Shown one piece after another: positions 19,273 to 30,879 of a DNA stretch of 64,000 nucleotides. The notes below the pieces were generated by a model that saw nothing but the letters and a program-made list of their open reading frames with translations, was not told where the DNA came from and searched no databases. How positions within the stretch are numbered: position 1 is the stretch's first letter; every line of letters begins with the position of its first letter. The stretch is from an uncultured Acidobacteriota bacterium (GTDB taxonomy: Bacteria > Acidobacteriota > Vicinamibacteria > Vicinamibacterales > Fen-181), in NCBI GenBank assembly GCA_963698725.1, contig CAVORY010000004.1:19951-83950 (forward strand), written 5' to 3'. The translations under genes were made by a program, and so were the position numbers.

Positions 19273-19934
19273 TCGACAAGATGATGTTGAGGTCAGGGAC
19301 CGCTGCCGAGGCCGGCGTCTCGCCGGCCGGTCGGCCGGCTGAGGCGACTCGGTCGGACTGGACGTCCGGGTTGCCGGAACTGTCGAACGAACGGGTGACG
19401 CTGCGCGACCTTCGGGTCTCCGATGCGCCATCGCTCTGCGCGACGCTGTCCAGCCTGGAGGTGCACCGCTACATGTCGGCGCCGCCTTCCGACGTGGACG
19501 GCTTCGAGCGCTTCATCCGGTGGGCGCACGGCGAACGGACCGCCGGGCGCCTGGTGTGCTTCGCGGTGGTGCCCAAGGGCTACGACGTGGCCGTCGGCAT
19601 CATGCAGGTGCGACAGGTCGACCTGGCGTTCACCACGGGCGAGTGGGGCGCCGCCATCGGGTCGCAGTTCTGGGGGACGGGCCTCTTCGAAGCCGCCGTC
19701 GACCTGCTGCTCGCGTTCGTGTTCGACAGCCTCGGCCTCCGCCGTCTCGAATTGCGGGCGGCCGTGCAGAATGGTCGCGCGAACGGAGCGGCCCGCAAGG
19801 TCGGTGGGGTTCCCGAAGGAGTCGCCCGCCGGGCGCTGTTCTGCCGCGGCCAGTACCACGACCAGCTGATGTGGTCCATCCTGGCGGACGACTGGCGCCA
19901 GTCGCGGCAACAGCCGCAGGTGGTGGTGCACTAG
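19269..19934 (+). CDS. GNAT family N-acetyltransferase (RimJ/RimL-like)
   Basis: ATG 19269 overlaps the S8 stop (ATGA); only the last 221 codons of ORF 18768..19934 are credible. GAAIGSQFWGTGLFEAAVDLLLAFVFDSLGLRRLELRAAVQNGRANGAARKVG matches the acetyl-CoA binding core. Confidence 0.75.
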   Translation: MIDKMMLRSGTAAEAGVSPAGRPAEATRSDWTSGLPELSNERVTLRDLRVSDAPSLCATLSSLEVHRYMSAPPSDVDGFERFIRWAHGERTAGRLVCFAVVPKGYDVAVGIMQVRQVDLAFTTGEWGAAIGSQFWGTGLFEAAVDLLLAFVFDSLGLRRLELRAAVQNGRANGAARKVGGVPEGVARRALFCRGQYHDQLMWSILADDWRQSRQQPQVVVH

Positions 19935-19935
19935 G

Positions 19936-20231
19936 GAAGAATCCAGAATTCAGAATTCAGAAGACAGAAGACAGAAGATAGAAGACAGAAGAAAGAGCGG
20001 GACCGTGGCGCGGTCGCGGTGTCACGCTGATCGGGTTGCGGGTCGCGGGCCACCAGCAGCCACGCGCCAGGCGCCCCTCGGCTACTCTCGGGGCGGCCCT
20101 GAGCGAAGTCAAAGGGCCGGCAACGGACCGGAGATCACGCCTGCGACACGTGTGCCCAGACGACGCCTCGCAGAACCCGCCTCGGACGTTCCGAGATCCA
20201 CTGCCAGCTGCCAGCTGAGAGCTGCCAGCTG
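19936..20231. repeat. Composite intergenic repeat element, copy F: CAGAAGA heptamers, core, CTGCCAG heptamers
   Basis: 19936-19996 reads gaagaat ccagaat tcagaat tcagaag acagaag acagaag atagaag acagaag. The core contains gtgtcacgctgatcgggtt and gccctgagcgaagtcaaaggg. 20201-20231 reads ctgccag ctgccag ctgagag ctgccag. Confidence 0.85.
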
Positions 20232-20257
20232 TTGGCTGTCGAGGTACACTGTCCCTC

Positions 20258-21307
20258 GTGGACGTGGCCCTGTTCGATTATCATCTCCCACCCGAGCGCA
20301 TCGCGCAGGAGCCGCCCGCCGACCGTGAGTCCGCGCGGCTGCTCGTCCTCGATCGCACGTCGGGCGCCATCGTCACCCACTCCAGTGTCCGCGCCCTTCC
20401 CGACTTTCTCCGCCGGGGCGATCTCCTCGTCGTCAACGATACCAAGGTGTTTCCCGCGAGGCTGCTCGGACGCCGCGACCCGTCGGGCGGCGCGGTCGAG
20501 TGCCTGCTGATCAGGCGCCTGGAGGCCGATCGATGGGAGGCGCTGATGCACCCGGGGCAGAAGCTGCATCCCGGGGCCAGGGTCGTCTTCCGGCGTGAGG
20601 AACTCGAGCTCCGCGCCGAGGTGCTCGAGCAGCACTTCCACGGTCGTCGGACCATCCGCCTGTGGAGCGAAGCCGCCGAAAACGTCGACGCGGTGGTCGA
20701 TGCGATCGGGCACGTGCCGCTACCGCCCTACATCCACCGACCTGACGACCCGCAGGACTGCGAGCGCTACCAGACGGTGTACGCCAGCGTGAGGGGATCG
20801 ATCGCGGCGCCGACGGCCGGGCTCCATCTGACTCAGGGACTGATCGACCGACTGGCCGCCGCCGGCATCGACCGCACGGCGATCACGCTCCACGTCGGCT
20901 ACGGCACGTTCAAGCCGGTTCGGGTCGACCAGGTGGAGGAGCACCGGGTCGATGCCGAATTGTTCGACGTGCCGGCCGACGCGGCCTCGGCCATCAACGC
21001 GGCAACCGACGATGGCCGACGCGTCGTCGCCGTCGGCACCACGACGACACGCGCGCTGGAGGCGTCCGGGGAGCGGGCGCAGGGACGCGTGGCTGCCGGC
21101 TCGGGGACGACCGAGTTGTTCATCCGACCCGGGCACCGTTTCACGGTGGTCGGCGGCCTGTTCACCAACTTCCACCTGCCGAAGTCGTCGCTGCTGATGC
21201 TGGTGTGCGCGTTCGCCGGGCGTGAGGCGGTGCTCGGCGCGTACCGTGAGGCCGTCGATCGAGGCTATCGGTTTTACAGCTACGGCGATGCGATGTTGAT
21301 CCTTTGA
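20258..21307 (+). CDS. queA: S-adenosylmethionine:tRNA ribosyltransferase-isomerase
   Basis: GTG 20258. Motifs: DYHLPPERIAQEP, LLVVNDTKVFPARL, TLHVGYGTFKPV, AVGTTTTRALE, GYRFYSYGDAML. Confidence 0.9.
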   Translation: MDVALFDYHLPPERIAQEPPADRESARLLVLDRTSGAIVTHSSVRALPDFLRRGDLLVVNDTKVFPARLLGRRDPSGGAVECLLIRRLEADRWEALMHPGQKLHPGARVVFRREELELRAEVLEQHFHGRRTIRLWSEAAENVDAVVDAIGHVPLPPYIHRPDDPQDCERYQTVYASVRGSIAAPTAGLHLTQGLIDRLAAAGIDRTAITLHVGYGTFKPVRVDQVEEHRVDAELFDVPADAASAINAATDDGRRVVAVGTTTTRALEASGERAQGRVAAGSGTTELFIRPGHRFTVVGGLFTNFHLPKSSLLMLVCAFAGREAVLGAYREAVDRGYRFYSYGDAMLIL

Positions 21308-21324
21308 CAGGACGGGTCGCAGGC

Positions 21325-21403
21325 ATCAGAATCCAGAAGCCAGAAGCCAGAAGCCAGAAGGCCGGAGCCCCTGAGCCCTGAGCCCTGAGCCCTGAGCCGC
21401 GAG
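21325..21403. repeat. Core-less repeat element, copy G: (CAGAAGC)n directly abutting (TGAGCCC)n
   Basis: Sequence is atcagaa tccagaa gccagaa gccagaa gccagaa ggccggagccc ctgagcc ctgagcc ctgagcc ctgagcc gcgagc. It lies between queA and the next gene. Confidence 0.9.
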
Positions 21404-21417
21404 CAGGGAGCCGTGCC

Positions 21418-22374
21418 ATGACGCTCACGTACGAGGAATTCGATCTGTCGGACGTGCGGACCTACCCGCTGAGAAGCCGGACGAGCAAGGTCCGGGCGGG
21501 GGACTTCGCGAAGCCGTATCGAGCGGGGTCGGGCGTCCCGGGGCTCCTGGACTCGCTGCCGTCGGTGCTCGCCGCGCAGGATTTCAAGGCGGTGGTGGCG
21601 GCCATGGCGGAGGCGCGGCGTGCCGGCCGGGGCATCGTGTGGGGGATTGGCGCGCACGTGATCAAGACCGGGCTGTCGCCGGTGCTAATCGATCTGATGG
21701 AGCGCGGCTTCGTCTCGGCGCTCGCGACCAACGGCGCCGGGATCATCCACGACTTCGAGATCGCGCTGGCCGGCGCGACCTCCGAGGATGTCGAGGCATC
21801 GCTCGGGGAAGGGCGGTTCGGCATGGCCGACGAAACGGGCCGCCTGCTGAACGGGGCCATCGCCGACGGCGTGAGGGCCGGGCTGGGCATCGGGCAGGCC
21901 GTCGGGACGTTCCTGTGCGAGCGGCATCCGCAGCACGAGCGCGCGTCGGTCACGGCGTCCGCCTTTCGCCTTGGAATTCCCCTGACCGTCCACGTGGCGA
22001 TTGGCACCGACATCATCCATATGCACCCGGCGGCGTCTGGCGCCGCGCTGGGGGAGGGCTCGCTCCGCGATTTCCGGTATTTCGTCTCCAACGTCGCGCG
22101 GCTGGAACAGGGGGTCTTCCTCAACTGCGGGTCGGCCGTGATCCTGCCCGAGGTATTCCTCAAGGCGGTGGCGCTCGCGCGCAATCGAGGCTGCCGGCTC
22201 GACGGCCTGACCGCGGTGACGTTCGATTTCGCGAAGCTGTATCGGCCCCAGGTGAACGTGGTCAGCCGCCCGACCGCCGGGATCGGCCGCGGCTACTACC
22301 TGGTTGGCCACCACGAGCTGCTGATCCCGCTTCTCGCTGCCGCGCTGATTGAGAGCGACGGGAAGCCGTGCTAA
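21418..22374 (+). CDS. Conserved protein with deoxyhypusine-synthase-like pattern (function uncertain)
   Basis: The 318-aa ORF is clearly coding. GIGAHVIKTGLSPVLIDLMERGFVSALATNGAGIIHDFE resembles the DHS-family G..S.LI.SG...I..L......V..LVTT.AG..ED segment. This assignment is from memory, not from an alignment. Confidence 0.5.
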   Translation: MTLTYEEFDLSDVRTYPLRSRTSKVRAGDFAKPYRAGSGVPGLLDSLPSVLAAQDFKAVVAAMAEARRAGRGIVWGIGAHVIKTGLSPVLIDLMERGFVSALATNGAGIIHDFEIALAGATSEDVEASLGEGRFGMADETGRLLNGAIADGVRAGLGIGQAVGTFLCERHPQHERASVTASAFRLGIPLTVHVAIGTDIIHMHPAASGAALGEGSLRDFRYFVSNVARLEQGVFLNCGSAVILPEVFLKAVALARNRGCRLDGLTAVTFDFAKLYRPQVNVVSRPTAGIGRGYYLVGHHELLIPLLAAALIESDGKPC

Positions 22375-22377
22375 AAT
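22369..22377 (+). promoter_or_regulatory. Candidate extended -10 promoter (TGcTAAAAT) for the tRNA
   Basis: gTGcTAAAATcg ends 10 nt upstream of tRNA position 1. It overlaps the stop codon of the preceding CDS. Confidence 0.4.
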
Positions 22378-22387
22378 CGTCGTTTAC

Positions 22388-22464
22388 GGCGGTGTAGCTC
22401 AGTTGGTTAGAGCACGCGGCTCATATCCGCGGAGTCCGGGGTTCAAGTCCCTGCACCGCCACCA
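22388..22464 (+). tRNA. tRNA with CAT anticodon (elongator tRNA-Met, or tRNA-Ile2 substrate of TilS), CCA encoded
   Basis: Manual cloverleaf: acceptor GGCGGTG/CACCGCC, D arm GCTC-AGTTGGTTA-GAGC, anticodon arm CGCGG-CTCATAT-CCGCG, variable GAGTC, T arm CGGGG-TTCAAGT-CCCTG, discriminator A, CCA. The G1-C72 pair argues against an initiator. Confidence 0.9.
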
Positions 22465-22703
22465 TATTCACCGCTCGCCCTGACTGCGCTCGCTCTCGAC
22501 ATCTTCCAGGGCCCCGATCGTGAAACGTATGAAGCGGGTTTTCGAGGGTCGGCTCTGGAAGCTGTCTAGGGTCCCTTCGGGGTTCCTCTGGCCCTGGAAG
22601 ATGTCGAAGACGACGCCGAAGGTGTCGTCCAGAAACAGCGTGCCGGCAGCCAGTGAAGCTGCGCCGCACGGCTGCCCGGCGCTTTGAGTCGCAGCTTCAC
22701 TGG

Positions 22704-24130
22704 ATGCCTGTCCTCTCCGAGCGAGTCTGCCGGACGATCGATCGATATCGCCTGCTTCCGCCTGGCGCCGGCGTGCTCGTGGCCGTGTCGGGCGGTGCAG
22801 ATTCGACCGCTCTCGTTTACCTGCTTCGTGAGGCCTCGTCCCGGCTGGGGATCCAGCTCGCGGGCCTGGCGCACTTCAACCACCTGCTGCGGGGCGCAGC
22901 GTCGGACGCCGACGAGCGGTTCTGCCGGGATCTGGCCGGCCGCCTGGGCCTGCGGTTCGAGGCGGATCGCGGCGACGTGCGGGCCGCGGCCGGGCGGCGG
23001 GGCACCTCGATCGAAGACGCCGGGCGGCAGCTCCGGTACGAGTTCTTCGAGGAGGCGCGCGAGCGGACGGGCGCGAGTCACGTGGCTGTTGGCCACACCC
23101 GGGACGACCAGGCGGAGACGGTGCTGCTGAATCTCCTCCGGGGCGCCGGGACAGGCGGACTTGGCGGCATGCCGGTACGCCGCGGGTCGATCGTCCGGCC
23201 GTTGCTCGACTGCACGCACAGGGAACTGGTCGACTGGTTGGCCGAGTCGGAGATCGCGTTCCGCGAGGACGAGACGAACCGGGACCGGCGGTTTCTTCGG
23301 AACCGGGTCCGGCACGAGATTCTCCCGGCGCTGACGGCGGTCGTGCCCTCGGCGGCGGATGCCATCGCGCGCGCCGCGGAGGTTACTCGGGTCGATGCCG
23401 AGTTCCTGGACGAACTGGCAGCCTGCGAGCTTGCCAGGATCTCGACCACCCCGAGCGAAGGCCTGTGGGCCCTCGACGCCGCGGCGCTGGCCGCCATGCC
23501 GACCGCTCTCGGCCGGAGAGTGGCACGGCTGGCGCTCGGCGCCGGCTCGGGCGGCGAATTCGTCGGGTTCGAGCACACCCAAAGGGTCCTCGACCTGGCG
23601 CGAGGGGTCGTCGCCGGGTCCGTCAGGCTTCGGGGCCAGAGGGTATCCCGGACGGGGGCGGGGCAGATCGTCTCGGCGCCCGCCCGGGGACGCAGCCGAA
23701 AAGACCAAGGATTCGGCGAGTTTCGAGCCATTTCTCGCGTTCTGTTGTCTATTCCAGGAGAGACGCCTCTGGGCGACGGGCGGGTTGTTTCGTGTGAGCA
23801 TCGCCCGGGCGGGATGGCCGTTCTGGATGAGGTGCTGGCCGGCGGAGACCGGGCGACCGCCGTGGTGGACGCCGACCGCGTCGCCGGGCTGGCGGTGCGG
23901 TCCCGGCGTCGGGGCGACCGATTCCGTCCGCTGGGGCTGGCGGGGCGCAAGACGCTCCAGGACTTCTTCGTCGATCGGAAGGTGCCCCGGGCCGAGCGCG
24001 ACCGGACGCCGCTGGTGGTCGACGCGGGCGACCGGGTCGTCTGGGTCGGGGGACACGCGATTTCCGGGGATTTCCGCGTCACCGCGGGCACGCGGGCCGT
24101 GGTAATCTTGCAGTTGAGGGGAGAACGAGG

Positions 24131-24134
<4 letters not shown>
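22704..24134 (+). CDS. tilS: tRNA(Ile)-lysidine synthase
   Basis: [16 protein letters not shown] (PP-loop SGGxDS), [30 protein letters not shown] 22704 was chosen; GTG 22653 is also in frame. Confidence 0.85.
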
Positions 24135-26056
<1,922 letters not shown>

Positions 26057-26142
26057 TCGGCGATGAGCGCGGGGCGGGGCCATCCGCCCCGCCTCGCGAG
26101 TCGCCGCGCCGGATCACGTTGCACACACGACGACGCTACACC

Positions 26143-26988
26143 GTGCCCCTCACCGGCGGGCGCCGCCTCGAGCTCGGCGAGAGGACGCTGGTGATGGCCG
26201 TGATCAACATCACGCCGGACTCGTTTGCCGAGCCGCAGCCGTCGATCGATCCGGTCAGGGCCCTCGATCTGGCCCAGGCGGCCGAGGCGCAGGGCGCCGA
26301 CATCCTCGATCTCGGTGCCGAGTCGACACGGCCGGGGGCGGCCGCGGTCGACGCCGAGGAGGAGATGCGGCGCCTGCGGCCCGCCCTGCGGATGATAGCG
26401 GCGAAGACCCGGCTCCCGCTGTCGGTCGACACCGCAAAGGCCGCGGTCGCCCGCGAGGCGCTGGACCAAGGCGCGGCGATCGTGAACGATATCTCCGGCC
26501 TGAGGTATGATCCGGGCCTCGGGGAGGTCGTCGCCGCCGCTGGCGCCGCGCTGGTCCTCATGCACATGCGGGGGACGTCGCGCGAGATGTACCGGGAGGC
26601 GTCGTACGCCGACGTGGCCGCTGAGGTGCGCGACGAACTCGCCGCCAGCCTCGCGGCGGCCGGACGGGCGGGCGTCGCCCGGGAGTCGATCATCGTCGAC
26701 CCCGGCCTCGGGTTCGCCAAGCGCGCCGAGCACAGCTACGAGGCGCTGGGACGCCTCGCGGCCCTCGCCGCCCTCGATCGTCCGATCCTGGTCGGCAGCT
26801 CGCGCAAGTCGTTCCTGACGCGGGCGATCGGCGACGTGGCGCCGTCCGGTCGGGACTGGGGCACGGCCGCCACCGTCGCTGCGGCGATCCTCGAGGGGGC
26901 GCACATTGTCAGGGTCCACGCCGTCGGACCGATGGTCCAGGTCGTGCGGGTTGCCGACGAGATTGTGAGAGCGCGGAGCCGGCTGTGA
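26143..26988 (+). CDS. folP: Dihydropteroate synthase
   Basis: Only the 3' part of ORF 24193..26988 is credible. Motifs: VMAVINITPDSF, DILDLGAESTRPG, SVDTAKAAVA, VNDISG, GSSRKSF. The start is uncertain: GTG 26143 chosen, with TTG 26119 and ATG 26194 also in frame. Confidence 0.8.
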   Translation: MPLTGGRRLELGERTLVMAVINITPDSFAEPQPSIDPVRALDLAQAAEAQGADILDLGAESTRPGAAAVDAEEEMRRLRPALRMIAAKTRLPLSVDTAKAAVAREALDQGAAIVNDISGLRYDPGLGEVVAAAGAALVLMHMRGTSREMYREASYADVAAEVRDELAASLAAAGRAGVARESIIVDPGLGFAKRAEHSYEALGRLAALAALDRPILVGSSRKSFLTRAIGDVAPSGRDWGTAATVAAAILEGAHIVRVHAVGPMVQVVRVADEIVRARSRL

Positions 26989-27806
26989 CATTTGCCGAAT
27001 CTATCCTATCCGTGCTGCGCCACTTCGACTGGTGGGACCTCCTCGATATCCTGATCGTGGCGGTCCTCATCTACGAGACCCTCAGGCTGGTCCGCGGGAC
27101 GCGGGCCGTCCAGATGGCGCTCGGCGCCGGTCTGCTCGTCCTCACGTTCTATCTGTCGCGGTGGAGCCACCTCGAGACGCTGAACTGGCTCATTCGCAAC
27201 ATGGTCGGCTATCTCGTGTTCGCGCTGATCGTGCTCTTCCAGTCGGACATCCGGCGCGCACTGGCGCACGTGGGGCGGACGCCGTTCGGCGGGTACTTCG
27301 CGCGCACCAAACGCACCGAAGAGACCATCGAGGAGATCGTCGTGGCCGCGGGGCTGCTGTCGGCCCAGCGCGTGGGCGGCATCGTGGCGATCGAGCGCAG
27401 GATCGGCCTGCGGAACTACATCGAAGGGGGCATCCCGCTCGACGCGACGGTCACCTACGACCTGCTCGTGACCATCTTCCGGCCAGGGGCTCCGCTGCAC
27501 GACGGGGCGGTCATCATCCAGGGCGAGCGGATTGCCGCGGCTGCGTGCTTCCTGCCCCTGACGGTGAATCCGCAGGTCAGCAAGGATTATGGGACCAGGC
27601 ATCGCGCGGCCATCGGGCTGACCGAAGAAACCGACGCCGTGACGGTCATCGTCTCGGAGGAGACCGGTCGCCTGTCTCTGGCGCTCGATGGGAACATCGA
27701 GAGCGGGTTGACGGGCGATGCCCTGCGTCAGCGCCTGCGCGAGCTGCTGGCGCCAGCGCGTCGGGCCCGGGAATCGCGCGAGTTGTCCCAGCAGACGTAT
27801 CAGTGA
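26985..27806 (+). CDS. cdaA: Diadenylate cyclase CdaA (c-di-AMP synthase)
   Basis: GTG 26985 overlaps the folP stop. Three N-terminal TM helices are followed by a DAC domain: RPGAPLHDGAVIIQG, GTRHRAAIGLTEETDA, IVSEETG. Confidence 0.85.
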   Translation: MTFAESILSVLRHFDWWDLLDILIVAVLIYETLRLVRGTRAVQMALGAGLLVLTFYLSRWSHLETLNWLIRNMVGYLVFALIVLFQSDIRRALAHVGRTPFGGYFARTKRTEETIEEIVVAAGLLSAQRVGGIVAIERRIGLRNYIEGGIPLDATVTYDLLVTIFRPGAPLHDGAVIIQGERIAAAACFLPLTVNPQVSKDYGTRHRAAIGLTEETDAVTVIVSEETGRLSLALDGNIESGLTGDALRQRLRELLAPARRARESRELSQQTYQ

Positions 27807-28717
27807 TGGTCTACCATCCGTTTCGCCATCTCGGTCTCAAGTTCCTGTCGGTGTGTGTCGCCTTCGGCCTCTGGTTCACGGTGGCCGGCGAGCGAACCGT
27901 CGAGCGGACGCTGCAGGTGCCGCTCCTGACGAGCAACCCCCCCGAGCGGATCGAGCTGGTCGAGAGCCCCCCTGGGACCGTGGAGGTGCGCGTGCGAGGC
28001 GCATCGGGCCTGCTCAGCCAGCTGTCGACCGGCGCCGTGGTCGCGACGATCGACCTGTCGCTCGCCCGGGAAGGGCAGAAGGGCGCGTACCTGACGCTCA
28101 GCCATGTGCGGGCGCCGATCGGCGTCGAGGTTGTCAAGGTGACGCCCCAGGTGGTTCCCCTGAGGTTCGAGAAGTCGCTGACGAAGACCGTACCAGTTGT
28201 CCCCGTCGTCGAAGGCGAACCGGCGCCAGGTTTCGCGGCCGGCGCGGCGAGTGTCGAACCGGCGTCGGTCGAAGTGATCGGGCCGGAGAGCGCGATGAAG
28301 CGGCTGACGCAGGCCATGACCGAACCCGTCTCCGTCTCCGGCCAGCGCAGCCTGGTCCGTGCGGAGGTCGCCGTCGACGTTCGCGACGCCAGCCTGCGCC
28401 TCACAACACCCGTGACGGCGACGGTCACGGTGCCGATTCAGCCGAGACCGATCGGCCGGGTGATCGCGTCGGTTCCGGTTCAGGTCCGCAATGCTGGACG
28501 CGGTGTGTCGGCCCAGGTCGTGCCCAGCGTCGTGGCGATCACCGTGCAAGGGTCTCCGGACGTCGTGGAGGCCCTTCGCCCGGACACCATCGGCGCGTTC
28601 GTGGACCTTGCCCGCCTCGGCCCGGGCCGGTACAATCTTCCAGTTCAGGTCGATCCTGCGCAGGACTTCGTGGTGGTTCGGACCGAACCTGCCACGGTGC
28701 AGGTGAGGGTCAGGTAG
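27806..28717 (+). CDS. cdaR: CdaR/YbbR-domain regulator of CdaA
   Basis: ATG 27806 overlaps the cdaA stop (TGATG). An N-terminal TM (LKFLSVCVAFGLWFTV) is followed by repeated YbbR-like beta modules. The conserved cdaA-cdaR-glmM order supports the call. Confidence 0.75.
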   Translation: MVYHPFRHLGLKFLSVCVAFGLWFTVAGERTVERTLQVPLLTSNPPERIELVESPPGTVEVRVRGASGLLSQLSTGAVVATIDLSLAREGQKGAYLTLSHVRAPIGVEVVKVTPQVVPLRFEKSLTKTVPVVPVVEGEPAPGFAAGAASVEPASVEVIGPESAMKRLTQAMTEPVSVSGQRSLVRAEVAVDVRDASLRLTTPVTATVTVPIQPRPIGRVIASVPVQVRNAGRGVSAQVVPSVVAITVQGSPDVVEALRPDTIGAFVDLARLGPGRYNLPVQVDPAQDFVVVRTEPATVQVRVR

Positions 28718-28770
28718 CGTCTCCCAGCGGTCGCCCTGCCGTCGACGATCGAGTCCAGGTTCACCTGCCG

Positions 28771-30111
28771 ATGCCAGAACGACTCTTTGGAACAGACGGC
28801 GTGCGCGGGCGCGCCGGCGTCCCGCCACTCGACCCGTCGACCGTCCGCCGCCTGGGCGCCGCGCTCGTGCGCGCCCTGCCGAGGGCTTCGAGTGAACACC
28901 GGCTGCTGGTCGGTCGAGACACGCGGGAATCTGGCGAGTGGATCGGCCGCGAGCTCGCCTTCGGGGCGGGAACGGCCGGTGGCCACGTGACCAGCGCCGG
29001 CGTCATCTCGACGCCGGCCATCGCCTACCTGACGCGCGAAGGGCGGTTCGACGCGGGTGTCGTCATCTCCGCCTCGCACAACCCGTTCGAGGACAACGGC
29101 ATCAAGGTCTTCTCGGGCGCGGGCGAGAAGTTCACCGAGCGGATCGAGCGGGAGATCGAGCGGGAGGTCGCCGACCGGTCGTGGACGGTGCCGGACGGCG
29201 GCGCGCCGCCGATCCCGGACGAGGATTTATCGGGTCCGTACCTGGCGCACGCGTGCTCAGCTCTGCCGGGCGCGCGCGATCTCGGGGGGATGCGCGTCGC
29301 GATTGACTGCGCCAACGGCGCCACCGCTCGCCTGGCGCCGCGCCTCTTCGCCGAGCTGGGATTCGAAGTGGAACTCCTCGGCTGCTCGCCCGACGGCAGG
29401 AACATCAACCTGGCGTGCGGCTCGACCCACCCCGCACCGCTCGCCGACGCGGTCGTCGCGCGGGGGTGCCGTCTGGGGATCGCGTTCGACGGCGACGGCG
29501 ATCGCGCCATCTTCGCCGACCATCGCGGCCGCGTCGTCGACGGTGATGCGATCATGCTGCTGGCGGCCAGGCACCTCCAGGCGACAGGCCGGCTGCGCAA
29601 CGGCGCGATTGTCGCGACGGTGATGAGCAACATCGGCCTCGAAATCGCGCTGCGCGAAAGCGGCATCGGTCTGGTCCGCTGCCCGGTGGGAGACAAGTAC
29701 GTGATGGAGGAGATGATCGCGCGCGACATCGCCCTCGGCGGCGAGCAGTCGGGCCACATCATCTTCTCGGACTTCCTCTACACCGGCGACGGCCTGGTGA
29801 CGGCGCTGAACGTGCTTCAGGTGATCGCCGCGACGGGCCGTGAGCTGGCCGACCTCGCGTCGCAGCTGACGACGTACCCGCAGGTCCTGCTGAACGTGAG
29901 GGTGAGGGAGAAGCGCGATCTGGCCGAGTTGCCGCCAGTGGCCGCCGTGATGGCCGACGTGGAGCGCCGCCTGGGCGGGACGGGCCGCCTGCTCGTCCGG
30001 TACTCGGGCACCGAACCGCTGCTGCGGATCATGCTCGAAGGGCAGGACCAGGGTCAGATCCGCTCCTGGGCGGAGGAGATTGCCGCCGAGGTGCGGAGGC
30101 ACCTGGCGTGA
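28771..30111 (+). CDS. glmM: Phosphoglucosamine mutase
   Basis: ATG 28771 within ORF 27718..30111. Motifs: LFGTDGVRG, ISASHNPFEDNGIK (phosphoserine loop), FDGDGDR, GGEQSGH. Confidence 0.9.
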   Translation: MPERLFGTDGVRGRAGVPPLDPSTVRRLGAALVRALPRASSEHRLLVGRDTRESGEWIGRELAFGAGTAGGHVTSAGVISTPAIAYLTREGRFDAGVVISASHNPFEDNGIKVFSGAGEKFTERIEREIEREVADRSWTVPDGGAPPIPDEDLSGPYLAHACSALPGARDLGGMRVAIDCANGATARLAPRLFAELGFEVELLGCSPDGRNINLACGSTHPAPLADAVVARGCRLGIAFDGDGDRAIFADHRGRVVDGDAIMLLAARHLQATGRLRNGAIVATVMSNIGLEIALRESGIGLVRCPVGDKYVMEEMIARDIALGGEQSGHIIFSDFLYTGDGLVTALNVLQVIAATGRELADLASQLTTYPQVLLNVRVREKRDLAELPPVAAVMADVERRLGGTGRLLVRYSGTEPLLRIMLEGQDQGQIRSWAEEIAAEVRRHLA

Positions 30112-30134
30112 TGGGATGCCGTGACGGGACGTAG

Positions 30135-30154
30135 CGCGGGTCTTCAGACCCGCG
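30135..30154 (+). terminator. Hairpin downstream of glmM (terminator-like, no U tract)
   Basis: cgcgggtc-ttca-gacccgcg is an 8-bp perfect stem 24 nt after the glmM stop. The absence of a T run lowers confidence. Confidence 0.25.
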
Positions 30155-30166
30155 ATCAGAGGGGCT

Positions 30167-30874
30167 ATGCGACTTGCTGTCAACATCGATCACATCGCCA
30201 CCATTCGGGAGGCGCGTCGGGCGCGCGAGCCGGAGCCAGTGGCCGCCGCCATCCTCGCCGAACTGGCCGGTGCGCAGGGCATCACCGTCCACCTGCGCGG
30301 CGACCGCCGCCACATCAAGGAGCGTGACGTCGAGCTGCTCCGGCAGGTGGTGTCGACCAAGCTCAACATCGAGATGGCCGCGACGGCCGAAATGACCGGG
30401 ATCGCCGCGCGCATCCGGCCCGACCAGGTCACGCTGGTGCCGGAGCGGCCGCACGAGCTGACCACGCAAGGCGGCCTCGACGTGCTGGCGAACCGCGCGG
30501 CGGTCGGCGACGCGGTGGCGGCGCTTCGCGCGGCCGGCATCCGCGTCAGCATCTTCATCGATCCGGACCCCGCGCAGGTGAAGGCTTCGAAGGAGGTCGG
30601 CGCCGACGCGATCGAGATCAACACCGGGGGGTACGCGGACGCGCCGCCGGCCGAGCGGCCGGCGCGTCTGGCTGGCGTGCGCGAGGCGGCCTCTGCCGCC
30701 GTCGCGCTGGAGCTCGAAGTCCTGGCCGGCCACGGCCTCACCTACGTGAACATCCACTCGATCGCGGCCCTTCGCGACATCGAGGAACTCAATATCGGCC
30801 ACAGCATCGTCGCGCGTGCGTCGCTCGTCGGCCTCGAGCGGGCGGTGCGCGAGATGGTGGCGCTGCTGGAGTAG
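30167..30874 (+). CDS. pdxJ: Pyridoxine 5'-phosphate synthase
   Basis: [45 protein letters not shown]. Confidence 0.9.
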   Translation: MRLAVNIDHIATIREARRAREPEPVAAAILAELAGAQGITVHLRGDRRHIKERDVELLRQVVSTKLNIEMAATAEMTGIAARIRPDQVTLVPERPHELTTQGGLDVLANRAAVGDAVAALRAAGIRVSIFIDPDPAQVKASKEVGADAIEINTGGYADAPPAERPARLAGVREAASAAVALELEVLAGHGLTYVNIHSIAALRDIEELNIGHSIVARASLVGLERAVREMVALLE

Positions 30875-30879
30875 CCGCC

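Noticed and set aside
22388-22464. Initiator tRNA-fMet, or a tRNA-linked genomic island
   Set aside because: A G1-C72 Watson-Crick pair and the lack of three consecutive G-C pairs at the bottom of the anticodon stem argue against an initiator. No integrase, direct repeat of the tRNA 3' end, or foreign-looking genes follow it, since tilS-ftsH are core genes.
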